A stretch of DNA of 64,000 bases from Octopus vulgaris (GCA_951406725.2 OX597817.1:165664001-165728000); one strand, 5' to 3'. Shown: positions 1 through 13,049, counted from the stretch's first letter. Translations and numbers: made by a program. The notes: a model not told the origin generated them from the letters alone.

Positions 1-71
1 ATATTTTACTATGTATTTTACTAATTTATATATACTATGAACCATTTGTTATTTAATATAGTATTATATGT

Positions 72-379
72 GGAGGCGCAATGGCCCAGTGGTTAGGGCA
101 GCGGACTCGCGGCCGTAGGATCGCGCTTTCGATTCCTAGACCGGGTGTTGTGAGTGTTTATTGAGCGAAAACACCTAAAGTTCCCCGATGCTCTGGCAGG
201 GGGTGGCGGCGATCCCTGATGTACTCTTTCGCCACAACTTTCTCTCACTCTTTCTTCTGTTGGCCTGCTCGCTTAGCCAGCGGGGTGGCGTCATTTGAAG
301 GCTAAAACAATGCGAAGCGCATTGTGACCAGCGATGTGTAGCAGCATCTGATAGCCTGGTCGGTCACGTGATCACGTGA
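72..379 (+). mobile_element. tRNA-derived SINE, working family C, full length, with tail ending in (CACGTGAT)2
   Basis: A-box-like TGGCCCAGTGG and B-box-like GCTTTCGATTCC. The same head recurs at 10605, 28925-29286 (minus) and about 56950-57003 (minus). The same tail recurs at 43291-43398. Confidence 0.85.
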
Positions 380-1420
380 TAATGTTATATAATTTGTATA
401 CACACACACAGATAGATACATACAGGAACTGACATACTCATAGTTACACACACAGACACACACACACATAATAAATTCATAGCGTCCCCCAATTCACTGC
501 CTTCCTCCTAACGCCTCCTTTTTCTCTGTCGCCCCCTACCGCCTCCTTAGGCACTGGCGCCCACCTGGACCGTCTCGACGTCCGATGGGGTGCGGTAGCA
601 CCCACTTTGAGAACCTATTCCTTAGACTGTACTACCAGCGTAAATTCAACGTAACGCGTGCTTTGGATCAGCCCCTAGGATCTAAATACTCATAGGGTTG
701 GTTTCTCTGTGTGCACAACGGGTACATCCTATTTGATACTTATCAACTATAGGCCGGAACCAGAGGTTTATCCAACCCTACCTGGTGTATATCTTTTCAC
801 ATATTCATTCTGGCTGAATCCTTATTTTATTATATTAGCTGACGTACCCGGTAATTTGAAGTCAGTTATGTAATAACTTGAAATTGGTTACCCGATTGTA
901 AGAGTTCAAATAAAGTAGCCCCGAAAAAGGATTTTATGCGTTCCCAGAGTATATAGAATTTAGGAGGTAATACTAATAAGGTATGTATGCTAAAATCGGG
1001 AAGTATGTTAAGCAATAACAGGCTAATCAGATATGAGATAATAACAATTCAAAGTAAATAACTTTGAAAAGGGCTTTTGTGTGTTCCCAGAGAATATTAC
1101 CCTCAGAAGCACTAGTGTTGAGATATTCGTGAATAAGTCAGTAACTGAAATAAGTGGATCTCTTGTTTAGGAAAATGTTATTTACTTGTTTAAGGGTTGT
1201 ACTGGATAAATTGCGAAAATAACTCTAACAGTTCAAATACTATGAAATAAGCATACTCAATTTGATTTATACCAAATAATTTAGGAAAATGAAGGGGTTG
1301 TTTCTCTTGGCTATATATAAGGATCACTTGCAGGGGCCTATAATCGATTTTCTTCAACAATCTGTGTATGCCATGAGGTTTCCAGACACCAGTTCTACTC
1401 ATGTCAAGTTTCACATCAAA

Positions 1421-1475
<55 letters not shown>

Positions 1476-1788
1476 TACAAGAACTGACATACTCATAGTT
1501 ACACACACATATATAATCTATCTAGCTATCTGAACAGATAGATAGATAAATAGATAGATAGATAGATTGACAGATAAGGAGAATTTGAAAATCTAAGAAA
1601 AGAATTAACTAGAAACCACTCCAAGAGTAGATTAATGCCTATGTACAAATACAAGTAAAACAAACAGTATAACAAAAAAAAACTTTGAAATAAACACAAA
1701 ATAACGAATGTGTGTGTGTGTATGTGTGTGTGTGTGTGTGCATAGATTGATAGATAAATAGATAGATGGATAATACATACATACATAG

Positions 1789-1820
<32 letters not shown>

Positions 1821-2160
1821 CCATACAATATATCAATTCGTCGTAAATGAAGCAAGAAGTAAGAAAATAGGAGTTTAGAGTTTGGTAAATGACGTAGAAG
1901 AATTGCTATGGATACCTGAGATAGCTACTAATTGGCAAGCACGAGTGGAATTCCATAATGCTAACAAGATGTTCATTCTTGATATGCCTTCTTGCGTGAT
2001 GGTTGCCCTTTTTTGATGGACGGTTCAAACAACTCGTTAAGACCGACATAGTGCGAGATTTTTTTTTAAGTCAAGACCTCAGATATTTCACTTAACTTTT
2101 CTGCCCTCTTCTATCACTTCGCCCTTTGTTTTTCCTATTTTATTTAGTTACTTATCTTTG

Positions 2161-2253
<93 letters not shown>

Positions 2254-2382
2254 TTATCTCGTTACTTATCTACACATATATCTTATCTATCTATCTACCT
2301 ATCTATCTGTTTTTTCTCTCTAACTACTTATCTATCTATCCATCCATCATCACTCTATATATCTACTTTTAGCATTGTATAC

Positions 2383-2419
<37 letters not shown>

Positions 2420-2793
2420 TTACTATCTATCTTTCGAATTGATTATCTAATTTCCAAGTCAGACACACACAGGGCAAGACAGATAGACAGATAGACAGAT
2501 AGATAGATAGATAAGAATGTGGGTAGACAGAATGTAAGCTTAATAGATAAGGTGGTTATGTTGAATGAACCACTGCCTAAATACAAGCATGTAATAGATT
2601 TTCAACAGGATTCCGAGGCCAAATTCAATTTAAACGGAATCCGTCTTTTGAGCAAATAAGAACTGAGAATTCGTACTAGAGCAATTCATATTAAATGGAA
2701 TGAGTAAATTTTTGATGTTTAATTATTTGGTGTTCAGTTAAACAGGAATCCTGGTTTAACTCTCTCTTCGAGACCAGATCAGAATTTCGGTTA

Positions 2794-3295
2794 CCGTAAA
2801 TCCTCGAGTATAATCCGCATTTTTTTCCAAAAATTTAAAGGTCAAAATCCCTAGTGCGTACTATATACGAGGTTAAAAATGAAAAATATTTTCTAAGCAA
2901 TGTCCGAGTCTCTATTTGCTGTCCGGCAATGTTTATTCAGACGCATTTTGTGATGTCGGGCGCGAAAATATCTTAAGCTAAGCCTGAAAGCAATGAAGTC
3001 ATAAAAGAATCATCTATAACTTGTAGTAAGCAACATTTATTAAAATAAAAGTATTCAGAATAAGATATAACAAGCATATTTACATTCCCATATAACAGTT
3101 AAGAACATTACCATTATTGCATTACGCATGCGCGGATGTGTTTGTTTGACTAGCTGCTGTTGGCTTAATTACGCACCACTCAAGTTAGAGAAGTGGTGCG
3201 TACTATACACAAGGTTTAGGTTTTTCAGAGGTACAGCCCCGTGAAAATCCCCTGCGTATTATACTCAAGGGCGGACTATACTCGAGGATTTACGG
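2794..3295. mobile_element. Non-autonomous TIR element (MITE), pogo/Tc1-mariner-like, TA target duplication
   Basis: Left end CCGTAAATCCTCGAGTATAATCCGC and right end GCGGACTATACTCGAGGATTTACGG form a 25-bp TIR with 1 mismatch. TA flanks both sides (2792-93, 3296-97). No ORF. Confidence 0.9.
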
Positions 3296-4217
3296 TAATC
3301 ATTTTTTAAATTAATGAGGATTTATATAATGAAGGGAGTAATAATAATAAAAAGATAAATGGAACTAATTATGCGGCGAGAACAGCACTTATTTCAGTCT
3401 TTGGACTACTGCTATGCTGGGACGCCGACTTGAGGGGTTTAGTCGAACATGTCAATCCGAGTATATATTTTGAGGGCAATGCCTAGCAAAGCAGGTAGCT
3501 TCAAATTTGTTCTCCTACCTAAGTTTAAACGCATATGTTGAAAGCAGATTTTTCATGGTCTAATCGTAGTAATCGATCTATTCAACAATAACAAAATGTT
3601 AAAAGAACTGTTGTGAACCTTTAAAATCCATTTCTGCTCTTATTTCACACAAATGTCGTACCTGGAACCATACCCATGCTGGATCTATAACATGCATTGG
3701 ATCATATATATATATATATATATATGTGTGTGTATGTGTGTGTGTATGCATGTATGTATGTATATATGTAAGAAAACATTATTATTATTCCTAAAAATAA
3801 CAATGTTAGTTGCCGCTAGCGTAAAAGCCGTATAGGCAAAATTAATAATTATACATAAGATATATAAATAAATCTATACATAGTAGGGTAATACATAAGC
3901 ACCTGCTTCACTAAAAATAGACGTCAAAATACTTCTAAGCCACAGAATAATCACTAAATTAATAGAGACATGAGAGGAGAAAAAATGCTAGTGATTAAGA
4001 ATAGTGCCTTACCTCTGCGAAGGATGCAGAAGAATGTCAGTTAATCTGATATCATGATTTCGAATTTAACGGCACGCCAGCTAAACTAAGTTGTACTGTC
4101 TATTAGTCGTAAGACACCCGCTGTTTTTGTCCTGTTTTTACTATTATTGTTTTTTGCATTTTATATTCATGTGGCATCGTCCGTTTTTCTGTCCCTGTTT
4201 CGTATATATTCGATCCT

Positions 4218-4390
4218 TTTTCCAAGAAATCTAATGCTCATAGCTTAGTTTTTGCTTGGGGCTGGCCGGATCGGAGTGATCTCAAGATTAATCAGCTGAA
4301 ATTGCTAGGATGATCCGGTTCTTGACTGAAGATTGAAGGTTTCGAATGTCCCATCCGTGTTTTTTGTATCGTCTTCTAAATGTTTTACGT
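4218..4390 (+). repeat. Unclassified interspersed repeat, second copy at about 44306-44500
   Basis: TTCCAAG..ATCTAATGCTC.TAGCTTAGTTTTT.CTTGGGGCTGGCC..ATCTCAAGATTAATCAGC is present at both loci. Confidence 0.75.
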
Positions 4391-4431
4391 TCTTGTCCCA
4401 GTTTGTATTTTTCTACATATAATATAATATA

Positions 4432-4617
4432 TATCTCTCTATATATAAACGGCAGTTTGTCTGTGCGTGTTTCTGTGTGTCTGTTTGCTTGTACCCTCAC
4501 CCTGACCACGGCTTTCAACCGATTCTGATGAAACTTCTCTTTTTTTGCTATAACTCTCTAAAAATGCTTTATAGTTATTTCCCTTACAAACCTGAGCAAC
4601 GCCGGGCGATACTGCTA

Positions 4618-4619
<2 letters not shown>
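4432..4619 (-). mobile_element. Short Helentron/DINE-like non-autonomous element
   Basis: The right end is the reverse complement of ACTAGCAGTATCGCCCGGCGTTGCTC..GTTTGTAAGGGAAATAACTATA seen at 22750. The other end carries a CAGACA-rich tract and TTTATATATAGAGAGAT. Confidence 0.6.
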
Positions 4620-4658
<39 letters not shown>

Positions 4659-4979
4659 AATTGAGATAGGGGTTGTAAATGCAACCCTCCATGGGATAAC
4701 ATATATCCAATATACTGCTAGTGAAGTACCCAACAAAGTTAATACATAAATGTTAAGGATTGCGATGCAATCAATTCATTTACTGTATTATATGGACAAA
4801 GGTAAAATTATATATATATATATATATATTTAATTAAGGGTTTAGCAACAAGTTGCTTCACCACATACCGAAAATTTAGAAATAACAGCCAAAAGATAGC
4901 TAATTCTTTTAACTACAAATATGACTCCACAGACAATTAATAAATTAAATTAATAATTCTTTACCCTATATCTGTAATG

Positions 4980-5020
<41 letters not shown>

Positions 5021-6358
5021 GAGAGAGAGTGGCTGAAAAATACCTGCCTTTGGGTAAAAGAAAATGTAGGGGGGATCATTTAATTATTTTATTCCACATT
5101 ATCCCCTCTCGGATTCCCACACTTATTGCAGCGCTCCTTCGGTTTTTCTAAGCTCCGTAGAATTCGAAATGTTGGGCCTCTAACAAGGCCTTTCGCGAAA
5201 CCCTTGAAGCCTGAAGTATTTTGCCATCCCCTCGTATATATACGACTGGATTCCACACAGTTTCCGTTTACCAACTTCGTTCACAAACCATTGGTCGGCA
5301 CTGGGCTACAGTAGAAGACTGAACCCGAATACACATCGTTGCAAAGCAAGCTTCGTAACCTCACAGATATACCTGCATATGAATTAACAGTAGTTGGCAA
5401 AAATGAAACAAATAGTCATTGGTTAAATTATATTTTTCTCTTTGTATAATTATAAAACAGCCCCCTTCCAATGGACGATGCTGAGTTGTCAAACATTTAA
5501 ACCAAATTTTCTCAAAACAACTTGACCGACCGTCCCATAGGCCTCCCCTTTGAGAAACACTGATTTAACCTAAATTTCAGACACCAGCAAAAGAAGAAAT
5601 AAAGATAGACATTTTTTTCTATTCCAAAGAAAATCGATTTTATTCACACAAATATGCAACCGAAGAGTTTAAAGTACCAATAATGATAAGGCTGTTGACT
5701 GGGAGAACACAAACATGGTTTAAACAGTAAGCTTGGCAGGAAAGAAACGTGTCTTTAAGCGGTACAAAAACAACAAAAAATGGAAGGTGCAGTTATGTAC
5801 AGGCTGATCGATCGCATTCTCATCTGGAATCGATTTTTGTAATTTTTTCAAGAATTATACACACCCTGATACCGTCGGTATCTACATATCAAATTTGAGC
5901 GCATCGGACGGAGGATACCCTAGACCCTAAAAGACACACACTCAAACAGACAGAACGGATTTTATATAATAGATATACTCCCTGCATCAAATATATAGGC
6001 TTCAAATTTTCGCACAAAACCAGAAATTTAGGGGGATTATTAAGTCGATTATGTTGACCCCAGTAAAAAACTGGTACTGAACATCGCTGTTTAAACAAAT
6101 AATAAACCTAAAATACTTAAAATATAGGGGTGCCATGATATCGAAACTTCAGTCTGTATTTCATCTCCTGGAAACAACATTCATTTTTTTAAAGCTTCTC
6201 TTCTTATATTCCATATATCCAGTCCTTTTATCCTTCTGACCCCGCTTCCCGTATTTTCTGTCTCCTCCTAAACCTGCGCCCCCTTTTTCTCTGTTTCTTT
6301 TATTTATTTATTTTTTGTTTCAGTCTCTCTGTTTTGTGTCTGTACCGCCTACTTACCG

Positions 6359-6425
6359 TTTTCTTCTTCTTCTTCTTCTTCTTCTTCTTCTTCTTCTTCT
6401 TCTTCTTCTTCTTCTTCTTCTTCTT
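6359..6425. repeat. (TTC)n microsatellite
   Basis: About 22 perfect TTC units, which produce the spurious poly-L and poly-F ORFs. Confidence 0.98.
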
Positions 6426-7129
6426 TCGCTCTTTCCTTCAGCTTTCTTTTCCTTTCCCCTTCCTTTATTTTTCTTACGTTTTTTTTTTCTTCTCCATCTC
6501 CGGTTTCGTTTCTGAAGCCGGGGAAATTTCTTTTCTTTCTAGACAGATCATTGAAACCCCACCTCCTCTCCCATCTTTTCGGCCATCATCCTGTAACTAC
6601 AGCCACCTCTGACCGATGACAACAACACAGTAGGTGGCTGGGCGGCGGCTGGCGACATAACACATTATCTGTCTGCTTTCAATGGCTTACTTGACCAAAT
6701 ATTCGACGGAAATTCTGTCTGAACATTTGGCAACGTCTGCAATATCTATCAACAACCAACAAGTCTTCCAATGATTTGTGTTTCGTTTTATATTTTATAA
6801 CAAGAATGTACGGACCTTCTTAAGTTCGACAGTGATTAATGTATTTATCAAATCTAAACGTTTCGTAGGGGGTTAATCGGTTTGTCACTGAGAAGTAACC
6901 GAAACAAATAGCTGGAGGATATCTTTGTTACATACACGCAGCTGTATTGGGTATCCCAACTAAACTACTATTGAAGGGGCAAATAATATATGGAAGCACA
7001 GAAGGGCAGTCGACAGAGAAAGTCTAACCTCATGAAAAAGTCAAACACTGTACAAAGGCCACCAATGAATCTTACTTAGTAAGCACCTTTGGTAGGCCAG
7101 TTATTGCGGTATTCATCCTGAGATAAAAA

Positions 7130-7510
7130 GCGTGACCGTGTGATAAGAAATTTGTTTTCCTAACCGCATGATTCCGGGTTCAGTCTCAGGTTGTGACGCC
7201 TTGGGCAAGTGTCTTCTACAATCGCCTCAGGCTCACGAAAGCCGGAAACCGAAAGAGACACATCGTATAAGTGTATGCGTGTGTGTGTGTGTGTGTATGT
7301 ATGTATATGTGTTTGTATGTATGTATGTATATACACGCGCGTGCGTATGTGTTAGTTTATGTGTTTGTCTCGACATCTGCTTGACAACTGGTGTCGATGT
7401 GTTTACATCCAGGCAAAAGAGAACAGAAGAATAAGTACCAGAAAAAAGTTCTTCAAGGGGCTGCCCCAGCATGGCCTCTGACAAATGACTGAAACAAGTG
7501 AAAGATAAAA
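7130..7510 (+). mobile_element. SINE family A, diverged copy
   Basis: Contains GGTTCAGTC, CCTTGGGCAAGTGTCTTCTAC, an internal TG microsatellite and the tail CCCCAGCATGGCC..AAATGACTGAAACAAG. Confidence 0.8.
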
Positions 7511-7867
7511 GATCGATCACAGACGTGCTGTGCTAAAACAAACAAAAACAGACAATAAATATCGGAGAGAGAAGAACAATCTTCCCACCAACAACGAGAA
7601 CACTAGGACGCATTTCGACTTTTTGTGGCCTTTCCAATGCTGTGTAGTCACAACCAGCTACACGATTACGACTCGACGCCTTCGCTGTGGCGGCTATTAT
7701 CCACGCGGCTGAATAAAAATCCCGTATGATATATAGATGGCTCTTTTTATTCAGTCGAATCCAGACCATTGTTATTTCAGGTTAAATATTGTAGTAACTG
7801 GCCTATCGACAGTGTGAATACATTAAGTATAATACATAGATGGCTACTTTAATCTAATACATTTTTT

Positions 7868-8432
7868 TTCTAGTCTAGGCACAAGACCCGAAATTTTTGG
7901 GGAGAGGCTGGTCGATTAGATCGACTCCAGTACGCAAGTGGTACTTAATTTATCGACTCCGAAAGGATGAAAGGCAAAGTCGACCTCGGCGGAATTTGAA
8001 CTCAGAACATAAAGACAGACGAAATACCTATTTCTTTACTACCCACAAGGGGCTACACAAAGAGAGGACAAACAAGGAAAGACAAACGGAGTAAGTCGAT
8101 TATATCGACCCCAGTGCGTTACTGGTACTTATTTAATCGACACCGAAAGGATGAAAGGCAAAGTCGACCTCGGTGGAATTTGAACTCAGAACGTAGCGGC
8201 AGACGAAATACCTATTTCTTTACTACCCTCAAGGGGCTAAACACAGAGGGGACAAACAAGGACAAACAGACGGATTAAGTCGATTATATCGACCCCAGTG
8301 CGTAACTGGTACTTAATTCATCGACTCCGAAAGGATGAAAGGCAAATTTGACCTCGGCGAAATTTGAACCCTAAACGTAACCGATAAGGATTTCGCCCGG
8401 GGTGCTAACGTTTCTGCCAGCTTACCGCCTTA
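7868..8432 (-). mobile_element. SINE family B, trimeric form (head plus three units of about 180 bp)
   Basis: CGAAAGGATGAAAGGCAAA.T.GACCTCGG.G.AATTTGAAC recurs at about 7960, 8143 and 8327. A single head GCTGGCAGAAACGTTAGC lies at the right end. Confidence 0.9.
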
Positions 8433-8612
8433 TATATATATATTAATTGTTATCGCCATATTAATATGGCAGTCTTATAGAAATAAGACTAAAAGCTGTC
8501 GCTGATTAGCTCCATGAGGCCATCGCCTTAAGATAGCTATTTGACACACAAACTGTGTCCATTATAACCTTCGAACAAGGGAGGTCAGCCGCTTCACACT
8601 GCCAGTCAGACA

Positions 8613-8655
8613 GCTACAGACGCGTTTCAGGGTATTTGCCCTTTGTCAATGTAGC
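8613..8655 (-). ncRNA. Minimal type I hammerhead ribozyme motif (U3-A8 variant)
   Basis: Minus strand reads GCUACA-UUGACAA-AGGG-caaaua-CCCU-GAA-ACGCGU-C-UGUAGC: 6-bp stem I, 4-bp stem II, palindromic stem III, GUC cleavage triplet. Confidence 0.75.
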
Positions 8656-8704
8656 GTAGTCGACCCAGCAGGTGTCGCCACTGATCGTCTCTGTTCGAAG
8701 GTTT

Positions 8705-9752
8705 TATTTTCGTTCTCGTCCTGTTCCACGTCTCTGTCTTTCTGTTGTAAAAAAATGGCTTTCCCGTTTTCGTTTCTGTTGAGTTCTACGTCTTTTTGTG
8801 GTGTCCTGTACGTATATATATTTATATATGCATGTATATATCCATGTAGATGTAGGTACGTACATATATGTTTGTATGTATGCATATGTTTTATTTATTA
8901 CACTATTGTCTGACAGCGCTTCGCGTCGGGTTCGTTCGATTCTTCGTTTCGTTCCGTTTCTTATCCTTCCAGTATTGTTTTATAATATAATTAAGACGCG
9001 AAATTCTCTCCCTTTGCTTTACATTCCCCTCTCTCTCTCCCTCTTCCTCATCTCTCTCTCAGCCGCGTGTCTTCCTTTATCTATCTATCTCTCTCTCTCA
9101 CTCCTCCTCACTTTCGTCACTGCTAATCCTTTTGCACATTGCTTTCAGGCCGTAAGGTCATGTTTCCATGCGCCCGCCAGTTCCTCTTCCGTCCCAGCCA
9201 GAACAAAGGCCTATCGTTTGTTTTTCCCGTTTGTTTTCTTGTTTTTTTTTTTTGATTTCTCGTATTGTATTTTATTTCTCGTTTTGTATTTTCTTGTACA
9301 TGTATTTTTATCTTGTATTTTATTGTGCAATTCTATTGTTACGTGTCGTTTGTGTTACATTTTTTTCTTGCTTGTTTTACCCCTCTGCGAGGTTATTTTA
9401 TTTTAATTCTCTCGCAGGAAGCCCTAGTATTGACGAGTCGTGTCCTGTCTTGCCTTCGAAACACGCTAAGTCTACTAGTGACAGCTGATGAAGGGAATTT
9501 TCCTTGTGTAGTATGTCCTGTACCTTGTTTTTCTGTTGTAAATAATGTTGTTCCCGTTTTCGTTCTCGTCCTGTTCCACGTCTCTGTCTTCCTGTTGTAA
9601 AAAAAATGGCTTATCCGTTTTCGTTTCTGTTGAGTTCTACGTCTTTTTGTGGTGTCCTGTACGTATATATATATTTATATGCATGTATATAAACATGTAG
9701 ATGTAGGTACGTACATATATGTTTGTATGTATGCATATATTTTATTTATTAC

Positions 9753-9755
<3 letters not shown>
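8705..9755 (+). mobile_element. Penelope-like non-autonomous element bounded by direct repeats of about 200 bp (8705-8903 and 9557-9755)
   Basis: Near-identical 200-bp direct repeats. Hammerhead-like motifs at 8613 and 9424-9477. Related sequence forms an inverted repeat at 46795-47007 and recurs at 47222-47300. No RT/GIY-YIG ORF is visible, so the class is inferred. Confidence 0.55.
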
Positions 9756-9816
<61 letters not shown>

Positions 9817-10057
9817 TATATAAGGCGATATATCAGCCATATATTTCTGTGGCCCTCACTTCAGCCTTTAAAGTTTTAGCAAATATTCTGGGTTGAAATA
9901 TTATTGGCGTAATACCCTTTGCTTATTATCTTTAGATATTAAACAACGCTCGAAGTGTTATCTTTCGCTTTCTAATTGCAAACATGGTGAGCAGGTAGAA
10001 CCGTTAGTAAGCTGAGTTAAATGCTCAGAGGCATTTCGCCTATATTCTTTTAGTCCC

Positions 10058-10455
10058 TCTTTTACTTGTTTCAGTCATTTGACTGTGGCCATGCTGGAGC
10101 ACCGCTTTTTAGTCGAGCAAATCGACCACAGGACTTATTCTTTGAAGCCTAGTACTTATTCTATCGGTCTCTCTTGCCGAGCCGCTAAGTTACGGGGACG
10201 TAAACACACCAGCATCGGATGTCAAGCGATGTTGGGGGGGACAAACACAGACACACAAACATATACACACACATACATATATACATATATAGGACGGGCT
10301 TCTTTCAGTTTCCGTCTACCAAATCCACTCACAAGGCTTTGGTCGGCCTGAGGCTATAGTAGAAGACACCGGCCCAAGATGCCACGCAGTGGGATTGAAC
10401 CCGGAACAATGTGGTTCGTAAGCATGCTACTTACGATACAGCCACTCCACGCCTA
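10058..10455 (-). mobile_element. SINE family A, full length
   Basis: Reverse complement of the copies at 23347 and 39568 over the whole length. Confidence 0.92.
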
Positions 10456-10604
10456 TCTGCACACTCTGAGTCCACTTTCCACTTAAGTTGGCTTTGCCTT
10501 TCTTCCTTGTCGGATCCATGAACTAAGAACCAGTTGAGGACTGAAATACATGTAATTGAGTTCCCAACCCATGAAAATTGCTGGATTTGTGCTAAAATAC
10601 GATC

Positions 10605-10829
10605 AATGGCCCAGTGGTTAGGGCAGCAGACTTGCGGTCGGAGGATCGCGGTTTCGATTCCCAGACCGGGCGTTGTGTGTGTTTATTGAGCGAAAACACC
10701 TAAAAGCTCCACGAGGCTCCGGCAGGGGATGGTGGTGATCCCTGCTGTACTCTTTCACCACTCTAAAGGCGGTGCTCCAGCATGGCCGCAGTCAAATGAC
10801 TGAAACAAGTACAAAAAAAAAAAAAAAAA
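10605..10829 (+). mobile_element. Chimeric SINE: family C head/body with family A 3' tail and poly(A)
   Basis: Matches about 79-235 up to GTACTCTTTCACCAC, then switches to CTAAAGGCGGTGCTCCAGCATGGCCGCAGTCAAATGACTGAAACAAGTA followed by an A-run. Confidence 0.85.
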
Positions 10830-10833
10830 TATG

Positions 10834-11000
10834 GGGCGGCGAGCTGGTAGAATCGGTACACTGGACAAAGTGCGTAGACAAATTACTTCCGACTTACGTA
10901 GAGTTCATATTCCACCGAGGTTGACTTTGTCGTTCAACATTTGAGAGTCGATCAAATAAGTACAGTTTTAGCCCTAGTGTTGATGTAATCGACAAGAATT
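10834..11000 (+). mobile_element. SINE family B, diverged monomer
   Basis: GGCGGCGAGCTGGTAGAATCG..GAGTTCATATTCCACCGAGGTTGACTTTG..GATGTAATCGAC. Confidence 0.7.
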
Positions 11001-11197
11001 TCTGTCAGGAGCAGAAAAATCTATATTATATATATGAAAACTTTACTCCATATGTATAGTATAAATGTGTATGATAAGTACGTGAACTGAGAGGATAAAC
11101 TGGAATAATAGTGGAGGTATCGTCTGCTCGCTTTACAGTCAGTTACCTAGCCAAATTGCTGACTGTATAATATGAAAGATGCAGCCAAAAGTAAATG

Positions 11198-11532
11198 CAC
11201 ATACATACATACATACATACATGCATACATACATGCATGCATGCATGCATGCATGCATGCATACATACATACATACATACATACATGCATACATACATAT
11301 ATGCATACATACATACATACATACATACATACATGAATGCATGCATACATACATACATACATACATACATACATACATACATACATACATACATACATAC
11401 ATACATACATGAATGCATGCATACATACATATGTACATACCTACCTACCTACATATACACATACATACACATATGTATATATATATATATATATAGCCAC
11501 ATATATATACATACACTCACATATACACACAC

Positions 11533-11576
<44 letters not shown>

Positions 11577-11584
11577 ATATATAT

Positions 11585-11617
<33 letters not shown>

Positions 11618-11627
11618 ATATATATAT

Positions 11628-11660
<33 letters not shown>

Positions 11661-11672
11661 ATATATTATATA

Positions 11673-11752
<80 letters not shown>

Positions 11753-11770
11753 GTATACATATATACAAGT
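11198..11770. repeat. Compound (TACA)n/(TA)n/(TG)n microsatellite
   Basis: Directly visible. Confidence 0.97.
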
Positions 11771-12496
11771 GCATTTATTTATCTGTCTGTCTGTCTGTCT
11801 AACTGTGTGTCTATATCTGTCTACACGCACATACATGTACTCATGTGGCTGTGTACGCGCGTGCTTGCATGTGTACTCTAGTGTGCGCTCGTGTGTCTGT
11901 GTTCATGTGTGTGTGTTCATGCATGCTTTCGAATGTGTATGTGTGTGCGTGTGTGTGTCTTTGCGAGGGTGCGTTTATACTTTGCAAACATCGTTATTCT
12001 CTTTCCCCAGAGAAGATTTTCACTATTCTCTTGGAATATTTCTTTTCAAATAAGGTCAATATGAAGGATTGTCTCGGTTTTTCATTTTTTTTGCTTCTTT
12101 TTCTCTAATATATTATTGTTTTTTTTTTTTTTTATATTTTTGTCATTCATCTCATTATTACTTAGCCATATTAGTAGTAGCAGTAAAATATTGTTGTTAT
12201 TGTTATTGTCACCGTTCTCGTCGCTGTTATTTCTTCAATAATACTCATGGGATTTGAAAAAACATTCTGTTTACAGCGAAGAAAGAATAATTGTCTTGCT
12301 GTTAAGTGTAAATACAAGACCTGCAGAAGTTTTTACGAGAAATTTCATGGTAACCAATTTTCTTTTCTTTATGTATTTCTATATTAAGATGTTTCTCGTG
12401 AAATTATTGTTTTATTTATATTTTCCACTTGTATATTTTTGAACGACGACCCCAGTAAATTTCGGCTTAAGACAGATAAGAATTTTTTTTTTTTCA

Positions 12497-12755
12497 GGCG
12501 TAGCTGTGTGGTAAGAAGCTTGCTTCCCAACCATTTGATTCCGGGTTCAGTCCTACTGCGTGGCACCTTCGGCATCTATCTTCTACTGTAGTCTCAGCCA
12601 GGCCAATGTCTTGTAAGTGGATTTCGTAGACGGAAACTGAAAGAAGCGCATCGTATGTTTACATACATACAAAGATACACACGCACACACATACACACAT
12701 ATATACATATATATATATATGTGTGTGAGCGTGTGTGAGTGTATTTGTGTGTATG

Positions 12756-12790
<35 letters not shown>

Positions 12791-12803
12791 CTTTGTGTGT
12801 ATG

Positions 12804-12852
<49 letters not shown>

Positions 12853-12863
12853 TTGTGTGTATG

Positions 12864-12903
<40 letters not shown>

Positions 12904-12911
12904 TGTGTATG

Positions 12912-12950
<39 letters not shown>

Positions 12951-12961
12951 TTGTGTGTATG

Positions 12962-12996
<35 letters not shown>

Positions 12997-13049
12997 CTTT
13001 GTGTGTATGTATATATGTGTGTGTGTGTGTGTGTGTCTTTGTGTGTATG

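Noticed and set aside
72-150. Functional tRNA genes in SINE heads
   Set aside because: A/B-box-like motifs are present, but I found no complete cloverleaf, and each continues into SINE body sequence.
419-1508. 30-bp direct repeat (GAACTGACATACTCATAGTTACACACAC) as LTRs or a target duplication
   Set aside because: It is too short for LTRs, has no TG..CA ends and encloses no coding interior. More likely the ends of two copies of a small repeat.
5540-5562. hAT-like TIR end (TTTGAGAAACACTG), similar at about 607-620
   Set aside because: No matching opposite end or 8-bp target duplication was found.
9485-9500. CTGATGA here and at 36845 as hammerhead cores
   Set aside because: No properly spaced GAAA or stems follow.
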